A stretch of DNA of 43,577 bases, the filler included, from Jimgerdemannia flammicorona (lineage: Eukaryota), in the NCBI GenBank assembly GCA_003990765.1. It is 2 parts of 2 records of this genome, joined end to end, with 100 filler letters (N's around TTAATTAATTAA, not from the genome) between each part and the next. Parts side by side here need not be neighbours in the genome. Positions count along the whole stretch, not along the records: positions 21,841 to 43,577 come from RBNJ01001403.1; 1 more part is not named here. One strand, 5' to 3'. The number at the start of each line of letters is the position of its first letter. Position 1 is the stretch's first letter. The notes under the pieces are model-generated. The model made no database searches, was not told the origin of the DNA, and saw nothing but the letters and a program-made list of their open reading frames with translations. A program made the translations under genes and the position numbers. This document shows, piece by piece, positions 35,842-43,577 of the stretch.

Positions 35842-37904
35842 ATCTTTAGTGGCTTCTTTGGTTTGTACTTCAACTTTTCAGACTGAGGTTTATTCACTCT
35901 TATCTCTAGGATATTTTATATAGTTGTGGTTACTACCTGGTTGCTATGTGGCTAATTATAAAAGGCTATTTATGGTAGGTATTTCTAGCTTGATATAAGT
36001 ATTCAGGTCCTGTACAAGTATTCAGATTCTATATAGATAAATATACCCTTTTTGGTATATCTGGCTAATTATATAAGTTGTTATGACAAAGTAGTCCTAG
36101 ATATCTCCAGATATGTTTAACTGTCTTTTTGTATACTTATGACTATTAAGTATTAGTTATTTTATAATATTTCTACTGCTTATCACAATATATTGGCCTA
36201 TACATATATTTATATATATAAGGTTAAGAATCCTGAATATACATTTTAATCATTCCTCAGATAGTTACTGAGATACTTTGTTTTTTGTACATATCTTACA
36301 AAGGTTATCTTCTGGATATATATATATTGATAATCTATTTCCAAGCCACTTCAGATCATTCTTTTAAGGTATAATTTGTTAATATGTCCTAAGCATTGAT
36401 ACTATATATTGGATATATCAGACATAGTTGTTATATATATATGCAGAGGCTTTCATGTCATTCCTATTTGTTATATTATTGATCATATAAAGATTGCTAT
36501 ATTTCAAGACTATTATTAGTTTATTGTCATTCAAATTATATATAGTTGTGCTCTTTGAATATATATATATCTCTTTGTTACTACAAGATATCATCTTATC
36601 TATCAAAAGAGGTTTTTACTAATTTCTAGAATATATAGTATGTCTAAGAAGATGTTAATGAGTTTTATAATATTGCTATAGAGATGTATCCCCATATTTC
36701 TCTTTTCTTGAGTATAGATGATATTGTTATCTTCTAGTTTAATAGGTATAGAGCATTCAAAATGCTTATACATAGACAATTATTCCCTATGTAGTATTAT
36801 ATATTATATGGCTTTAGAATCTATTAGCTAGATATTATTATCATTAGTAATATTAGTATTTGTAGTATATTTATCAGATGTATGACTATGTAAACTACTT
36901 GCTCTATTGGTATTTTTACTATTAGTAGTGCTGATGTTATTATTACTTTTTATCAGATAAAAAGTATTTTGCTGCTGATTAGAATTTATAGATAATAGGT
37001 TAATAGATAATGAGTTGGTAAATTTAGTAGTAATGAAACTGTTTATAGAAATATAGTTATCTATATATGTTACTTATGTGAAGAATATACTACTGCTATT
37101 AGTTTCAGTAGTATTTATATTATCATACTTCTCTTTATCTCAATAGTTCCTATACTGGCTTTTTTTATACTTATTTTTACTACTCTTTTTGTTATTTTTT
37201 CAGTGATAACAATTGTACTTCCTATATCTATACTTGCCACAGTATTCACAGTAACTATCATACTTAGTTGATTGGCTGGACTAGTTATTATATTAATTTT
37301 AAGTTTGGATTTATTAGTCTTATTATCTATACTTTTGACCTTATTTAACTGCTATATCTGCAGGACTAATAGAAGATATTTCCATCATTATCACTATCAT
37401 TTTCATAGTATATTTCCTCGTTTATACATTATTATGTTGACATAGTCTATGAGTCTGCTGCTCTTATATATATTTATAATAATATTATTATATATATTCA
37501 GAAGTGCTCTTATAATTGCTATAACCCTTTCTTCATTGCCAATACAGTCTATAGATATACTGAGAGAATTTACTTAATTTACCAGATCATTGATGTAACT
37601 GGTATATTTATAGATACTCTTCTTAGGTTTTATTTATATATTAAATAGCTGAGATTTTAGATAAAAACAATTTGATATGAATACTTACATATGATAATTA
37701 TATAGAGTTTGCTATATCTCATGAGCTATTATAGTATATATTATGAGCTTTATTTGAGAATTCAATAATATAAATATGATCTTATATAATACTTAGTAAT
37801 TATTTATGGTATCATAATCTTGAATCAGTACTTATAGCTTCATATACTCCACCAAGCTATATTTGTTAAGGAGATTTGATATGAAATATCCAAATAGTAT
37901 AATT
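35842..37904 (-). pseudogene. Decayed Copia gag-PR-IN fragment
   Basis: ~36400-37330 aligns by eye with the Copia gag/PR at ~29690-30605; integrase-like remnants at 35850-36300. Confidence 0.75.
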
Positions 37905-38412
37905 GCGGTGGAGGAAGAAGGCCCAGCGGGAGCCAAGGGAGCGAACCCAGAGCCAGTGTCAAAGCGAACGGAAGACATGTGGAAGAGCATGTATAAGGGG
38001 GACGAACAAAGAATGTAACCGAATATGCATCAGCCGTTTATTGCTATGTAAAAACGTGGTCCTTATATACAAAATACGATGTCCCAAAAGGGAGGACGTG
38101 CCACAACTCGGGGCGAACCAAATTAGGAACCACATGACCGCTGGAGATAAGCAGAGATAAAGGGGGAGCCAATCCCAGTTGCAGGATAAAAATCACAAAC
38201 AAACACAAACAAAACAAATCCAAATTGAGATTAAAAAACATCTGCAGACCCCAGAGGGGTGAGCGTGAGCGAGGGGTGAGGCCGAAATGGAGTGAGCAGC
38301 AACAAGCCCGAGCGAAGCGAGGGGCCGAAGGCAGCGGAGGGGAGCAGAGTAAGGCCGAGACCCCGGAGCGAGCGCGAGACCCCAGAGGGGGCAAGGATGT
38401 TTTTTAAATCTC
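37905..38412 (-). repeat. 3' pseudo-LTR (hairpin segment, promoter arm, start of next ORF1)
   Basis: Reverse complement of ~41626-42133; 3400-bp direct-repeat period with the arm ending at 41642. Confidence 0.88.
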
Positions 38413-40488
38413 TCCAGCAGAACCGGAGGCACCAGAAGGTGATAAAAACGCAAAACGAGAGTGATGGATTGAAGAAGAAACAGAGGGAAGACGCGAACGA
38501 GCAATCAGAGGGTGTCGGGAAAGAGATGAAAGTCCATGGCGTGAAAGAGAAGAGCGCAGGACGGTATCAGGGCGTTGGGCAACCCAGCGAGCATGATCAA
38601 ATGGTATGATGAGAATCGGGGGTGGGAAAGAAGAGGGGGTACAGAGTGGGTAAGGGGGGAGAGAGGGAAGGGAGGGGGAGTAAAGGGGAGAGAGCAGGGA
38701 AGAGCGAACAACAGACCATTCAACAGAAGCAAGCAGATCGTGAACGATAGAAATGGGGTAGGCACGACGATGGACCACGAAGTTGCTAAGAACCCGAACA
38801 GCAGACACCCAATCAGAATGATGGGAGCAGCATAATGCAAGACAATGAGCCTCACCACGAACACATTCAAGAAGAGTGTGACGGGGATGGTTGGACAAGA
38901 AGTCAGGGAACTGTTGGGAATGGGGAAACTGGGAATAAACAACAGTTCAGAAGGGAGAAAGAGAAATGGAAAGGTTCAAAAAGGGAATACTAGTCGTACC
39001 GCACACCCAAGTAATGGAGTGATGGGGAGGGTAGACGCCCAGAAACACACTAGGGATATCAATGCCAGCAACAGTGAAGACAATAAAGTCATCAATGTAT
39101 TGGCGAAAGAAGATATCCCCAGCCTGGAATGCAATGGAAAGAGGTGAAGTAATATCACGTAACGCACACAATTCATGGGCCAGGCCAACGAGGTTGGCAA
39201 GGGTGGGGGCACAATTCGTACCCATGGCAATACCAGAAGTCTGGTGAAAAGAGCCAAGGGCCGACTCAAAATAATTAGAGCCGCAGACGAGGAGCGTAAG
39301 CTCAACAATGGAAGCCAACGAAACCGGGGAGTCCGAAGGAAAAACTAAGGAACCCAAGAAGCGAAGGCAATCATCGATCTCATCAAAACGAATAGCAGTA
39401 TAGAAAGAAGAGAAGTCACCAGAGGCCAAATGAGAAAAATGGTGAACAGGCACAATGGTGGAGCAGAGAAGGGCGAGCTCCTGAGTATCACGAAGGATAG
39501 TATACTCAGGCCCAAGACGGTGTTGTAAGAGAGCCATCCAGGAGAGAAAGAAACGGGATAACCATTTCGAAATCTCGGTGGTAGGAGAACTGTAAGCAGC
39601 CATAATAGGATGCCAAGCCAAAACAGGCTTGTGAACTTTAGGAAGAGCATAGAAAACTGGAAGAGAAATGTCCAGGGAGGACAAAGAGTCCTGGAAGAAG
39701 TTAAAAAGGGGGTTCGCGAACAGGGAATCCAAAAGCGATCTAGCGTGAGCCAGAGAAACCTGAAGAAGTATGAGAACCTCATCCAATCCAAGAGCACTAG
39801 GCTCGTAAGCCACGGCTCGAAGGAGGGCAGAAAGGCCATCAAGGTAGAGTGACTTAGGAATAAGTGCAAAACCCTGATTCTTATCAGTGACTGTGAGTAA
39901 ATGCATAGGCAATTGCTTGACCGATTTAAGCGCGGTACGTATGGCACGGTCCGAAACCAAGCAAGAGCGAGCTCGTCCAGGAACGGACAGTGAGCAAGCC
40001 ATGTCGAGGAATACGCAGTGTGAAGAGACATTGGGAGGGGGGACCCAATTGCTAGGAACAAAATAGCGAGAGGGCATCTCACCACGATCTTGAAAGAAGA
40101 TAGCAAGGTCAAGAGCATGATGAAAACATGTTAGATGAGCCGGATCAGTAAAGGAGAATTGTGAGGGAGTCGCAGGAAAAACAAAGCGAGGACCCAAGGA
40201 TAAGGCAAAGACTTGAAGGGGAGAAAGGGGGCAGTCAGCCAAAGAAAAAGGAGGAGACAAAAGTGTTCCAAGAGAAGAATAAACCCGAAAATTCGGGACA
40301 AGCAACTGGGAAAGGCGAAGGGGGGACAATATGAGGAACCACTCAGAGCGCACCAGAAGTGACGATGGAATCCGAGAAGGGACAGGGACACTGGGGGAGA
40401 ACCATGCCGGGGGAAAGTTTAAGAGCAGGAGGCCTTCCCCTTCCCTCTGACTTTTTTTGAAGGTGGCGAGCCTGATGAGCGGGAACAC
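38404..40488 (-). pseudogene. Penelope-like reverse transcriptase (ORF2), one in-frame TGA
   Basis: LSLGPRF, FYALPKVHK...WHPI...SPT, GDFSSFYTAI, GIAMGTNCAPTLANL, YIDD, IPFLNL, SNHPRH...GE; ORFs 38947-40488 and 38404-38898 are in one frame, split by TGA at 38947-38949. Confidence 0.92.
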
Positions 40489-41378
40489 ACCCCGTCAGAG
40501 TGCCAGACCTTGCGGCCACAGGCTTTCGTGCAGCCCTTACATTCAGGGGCACGGGTGGAGGAGGCGGAGGAGGAACCGGCAGAGGAGGCCGAAGGCGAGC
40601 GAGCAGCCGAAGGGGCAGTAGTGCGAGGAACACCACCATGAGGACAGACAGACTTGGCCGGGTGCCAGTAGGCACGGTGGAGGCGGCCGGAGCAGACAGC
40701 GCAAGGCCAGGCCCTGACGGGGCAAGAACCAAGTTGGCGGCCATGCTTGGGGGCAGGGGGAATAGAGGAGGAAGCCTTGGCGAGGGAGGGGGACCGGGAA
40801 GAGGCCGACGAAGCCTGGTTGGGCTTGGCAGGGGTCTTGGCGGGGGTCTTGGAGGGGGCCTTGGTGGTGGCGGCGGCGAAGGAATGAACCTCAGCACGAG
40901 CAGCAGCACGAGCCTCGGTGCAGATGGCCTCGGAGACCGAAACCTCAGGAGAGGCAGGCAGGGGAGCAGTGGCGGCAGCGCGAGCAGTGGTGGCATGAAC
41001 CTCTTCAGAGAGGGCTTGGCGGCGGGCCTCAGGGAGAACAGAGTAGCAGACGGTGGGCAGAGCGATGACGTCGATGTCATGGCGGAGATGAGCCTCCTTG
41101 GCAGAGAGGGCAAGAACCAACCGGAACTGAGAGAGGAGCGGACGACCAGAAGGATGAAGGTCCAGGGGGAGAGAGAGGATGGCAGAAGAGACGTAGGTCT
41201 TGAAGGAGACAGTGGCAGGGGTGAAGGCAGGGGGAGGGGGAGGAGGAAGTACCTCATCCATGAGCTCGTCAATGAGGACGGAGGCCCCGAGGGCAGGCAG
41301 TACAGCAGCAGAGGAAGAAGGCCCAGCAGGAGCCAAGGGAGCGAACCCAGAGCCAGTGTCAAAGCGAATGGAAGACAT
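40419..41378 (-). CDS. PLE ORF1, internally deleted copy (319 aa)
   Basis: Ala/Ser/Pro-rich, two Cys/His clusters, basic C-terminus; overlaps ORF2. Confidence 0.8.
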   Translation of the reverse strand: MSSIRFDTGSGFAPLAPAGPSSSAAVLPALGASVLIDELMDEVLPPPPPPAFTPATVSFKTYVSSAILSLPLDLHPSGRPLLSQFRLVLALSAKEAHLRHDIDVIALPTVCYSVLPEARRQALSEEVHATTARAAATAPLPASPEVSVSEAICTEARAAARAEVHSFAAATTKAPSKTPAKTPAKPNQASSASSRSPSLAKASSSIPPAPKHGRQLGSCPVRAWPCAVCSGRLHRAYWHPAKSVCPHGGVPRTTAPSAARSPSASSAGSSSASSTRAPECKGCTKACGRKVWHSDGVCSRSSGSPPSKKVRGKGKASCS

Positions 41379-41642
41379 GTGGAAGAGCGTGTATAAGGGG
41401 GATGAACAAAGAATGTAACTAAATATGCATCAGCCATTTATTGCCACGTAAAAACGCGGTCCTTATATACAAAATACGACGTCCCAAAAGGGAGGATGCG
41501 CCACAACTCGGGGCGAACCGAATTAGGAACCACATGACCGCCAGAGATAAGCGGAGATAAAGGGGGAGCCAATCCCAGTTGCAGGATAAAAATCACAAAC
41601 AAACACAAACAAAACAAATCCAAATCGAGATTAAAAAACATC

Positions 41643-41795
41643 CTTGCCCCCTCTGGGGTCTCGCGCTCGCTCCGGGGTCTTGGCCTTACTCCGCTCCCCT
41701 CCACTGCCTTCGGCCCCTCGCTTCACTCGGGCTCGCTGCGGCTCACTCCGTTTCGGCCTCACCCCTCGCTCGCGCTCACCCCTCCGGGGTCTGCA
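41643..41795. other. 153-nt asymmetric spacer at the centre of the large inverted repeat
   Basis: Reverse complement of 38243-38395; bounded by TTAAAAAACATC / GATGTTTTTTAA. Confidence 0.9.
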
Positions 41796-41968
41796 GATGT
41801 TTTTTAATCTCGATTTGGATTTGTTTTGTTTGTGTTTGTTTGTGATTTTTATCCTGCAACTGGGATTGGCTCCCCCTTTATCTCCACTTATCTCTGGCGG
41901 TCATGTGGTTCCTAATTCAGTTCGCCCCGAGTTGTGGTGTGTCCTCCCTTTTGGGACATCGTATTTTG

Positions 41969-41975
41969 TATATAA
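41969..41975 (+). promoter_or_regulatory. Putative TATA box of PLE ORF1 (mirror copy at 41463-41469 on minus)
   Basis: TATATAA about 85 nt upstream of the MSS start (42060), retained in all three arm copies. Confidence 0.55.
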
Positions 41976-42059
41976 GGACTGCGTTTTTACATGGCAATAA
42001 ACGGCTAATGCATTTTCGGTTAAGTTCTTTGTTCGTCCCCCTTATACATGCTCTTCCAC

Positions 42060-43277
42060 ATGTCTTCCGTTCGCTTTGACACTGGCTCTGGGTTCGCTCC
42101 CTTGGCTCCCGCTGGGCCTTCTTCCTCCGCTGCTGTACCGCCTGCCCTCGGGGCCTCCGTCCTCATTGACGAGCTCATGGATGAGGTACTTCCTCCTCCC
42201 CCTCCCCCTGCCTTCACCCCCGCCACTGTCTCCTTCGAGACCTACGTCTCTTCTGCCATCCTCTCTCTCCCCCTGGACCTTCGTCCTTCTGGTCGTCCGC
42301 TCCTCTCTCAGTTCCGGTCAGTTCTTGCCCTCTCTGCCAAGGAGGCTCATCTCTGCCATGACGTCGACGTCGTCGCTCCGCCCGCCGTCTGCTACTCTGT
42401 TCTCCCTGAGGCCCGCCGCCAAGCCCTCTCCGAAGAGGTTCGTGCCGCCACTGCTGCCACCAAGCTCGCTGCCGCTGATGCTGCCGCTGCTTCCGCCGCC
42501 ACCACCTCCGCCTCCTTCCACCATGCCTGTGCCGCTTTCGTGACCTTTGCCTCCTCCCGCCTTTTGGATGCTGCCCACTTCTGTGGCTTCACCATCCATG
42601 AGGTTCCTTCTGTCACTGCCGACATCGATGCTGTGCGTTGTTTCCTCCTCACTGGCACTTCTCTTGTTGCTCGCCTTCACGAGCAGGAGTCATCACGTGC
42701 TGCCGCCACTGCTCGCGCCACCGCCACTGCTCCCCTGCCTGCCTCTCCCGAGGTTTCGGTCTCCGAGGCCATCCGCGCCGAGGCTCGTGCTGCTGCTCAT
42801 GCTGAGGTTCGTTCCTTCGCTGCCGCTACTGCCAAGGCCCCCTCCAAGACCCCCGCCAAGACCCCCGCCAAGCCCAACCAGGCTTCATCGGCCTCTTCCC
42901 GGTCCCCCTCCCCTGCCAAGGCTTCCTCCTCTATTCCCCCTGCCCCCAAGTGTGGCCGCCAACTTGGTTCTCGCCCCGTCAGGGCCTGGCCTTGCGCTGT
43001 CTGCTCCGGCCACCTCCACCGTGCCTACTGGCACCCGGCCAAGTCCGTCTGTCCTCATGGTGGTGTTCCTCACGCTGCTGCCCCTTCGGCTGCTCACTCG
43101 CCTTTGGCCTCCTCTGCCGGTTCCTCCTCTGCCTCCTCCACCTGTGCCCCTGAATGTAAGGGCTGCACGAAAGCCTGTGGCCGCAAGGTCTGGCACTCTG
43201 ATGGGGTGTGTTCCTGCTCGTCGGGCTCGCCACCTTCAAAAAAAGTCAGAGGGAAGGGGAAGGCCTCCCGCTCTTAA
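42060..43277 (+). CDS. PLE ORF1, full-length copy (405 aa from MSSVRF)
   Basis: Intact ORF homologous to 40419-41378 plus 86 aa; followed by the RT N-terminus (LSLGPRF) to the window end. Confidence 0.82.
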   Translation: MSSVRFDTGSGFAPLAPAGPSSSAAVPPALGASVLIDELMDEVLPPPPPPAFTPATVSFETYVSSAILSLPLDLRPSGRPLLSQFRSVLALSAKEAHLCHDVDVVAPPAVCYSVLPEARRQALSEEVRAATAATKLAAADAAAASAATTSASFHHACAAFVTFASSRLLDAAHFCGFTIHEVPSVTADIDAVRCFLLTGTSLVARLHEQESSRAAATARATATAPLPASPEVSVSEAIRAEARAAAHAEVRSFAAATAKAPSKTPAKTPAKPNQASSASSRSPSPAKASSSIPPAPKCGRQLGSRPVRAWPCAVCSGHLHRAYWHPAKSVCPHGGVPHAAAPSAAHSPLASSAGSSSASSTCAPECKGCTKACGRKVWHSDGVCSCSSGSPPSKKVRGKGKASRS

Positions 43278-43577
43278 ACTTTCCCCCGGCGTGGTTCTCC
43301 CCCGGTGTCCCTGTCCCTTCTCGGATTCCGTCGTCGCTTCTGGTGCACCCTGAGTGGTTCCTCATGTTGTCCCCCCTTTGCCTTTCCCAGTTGCTTGTCC
43401 CGAATTTTCGGGTTTATTCTTCTCTTGGAACACTTTTGTCTCCTCCTTTTTCTTCGGCTGACTGCCCCCTTTCTCCCCTTCAAGTCTTTGCCTTATCCTT
43501 GGGTCCTCGCTTTGTTTTTCCTGCAACTCCCTCACAATTCTCCTTTACTGATCCGGCTCGTCTAACACGTTTTCGTC

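Larger units (their letters stand above)
37905..43577. mobile_element. Endonuclease-deficient Penelope-like element (Athena/Coprina-like), partial tandem plus inverted copy, runs off the window
   Basis: PLE-type RT motifs; no GIY-YIG motif seen; 37905-38242 repeats ~41305-41642 directly; 41796-43577 is the inverted repeat of 40119-41642. Confidence 0.9.

Noticed and set aside
38355..38380. GAGCGAGCGCG as an AAV Rep-binding element implying a parvovirus insertion
   Set aside because: No Rep or capsid ORF in the window; the GAGC repeats are better explained as tandem G.A hairpin arms
40470..40500. CTGATGA as a hammerhead ribozyme core in the PLE
   Set aside because: Antisense to the element, no GAAA after a stem II, and not conserved in the other arm. 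The CTGATGC in the pseudo-LTR also lacks the remaining core. A covariance-model search is still needed.
40343..43353. Long Pro/Leu- or Gly/Arg-rich alternative-frame ORFs (364, 298, 268 aa etc.)
   Set aside because: Shadow frames of GC-rich ORF1; the 364-aa frame is broken in the other arm

Overview
A eukaryotic, probably fungal (inference), transposon nest with no confidently identifiable host gene. (1) 980-17837: a minus-strand Ty1/Copia element with short near-identical LTRs and a heavily AT-decayed interior. It hosts a 603-bp hAT-type foldback MITE (8-bp TSD) and a complete 10.7-kb chromodomain Ty3/Gypsy element (5-bp TSD). That Gypsy has a dUTPase between Gag and protease and 2083-bp LTRs that carry their own ORFs. 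(2) 17838-21740: CpG-retaining, apparently single-copy DNA, followed by an assembly gap with an artificial stop linker. (3) 21841-37904: a decayed L1/Tx1-like LINE with a nested poly(A) retroposon, Copia fragments, and a second Gypsy remnant whose dUTPase lies after the protease. (4) 37905-43577: a comparatively young, endonuclease-less Penelope-like retroelement (zinc-finger-like ORF1, overlapping RT ORF in the -1 frame) in partial-tandem plus inverted arrangement. Its most striking feature is a 153-nt strand-asymmetric segment, closed by a 12-17-bp stem and made of GNA-triloop and tandem G.A hairpins. This segment occurs in flip and flop orientation, suggesting hairpin-primed (snap-back) DNA synthesis. 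All alignments and translations outside the supplied ORF track were done by eye.
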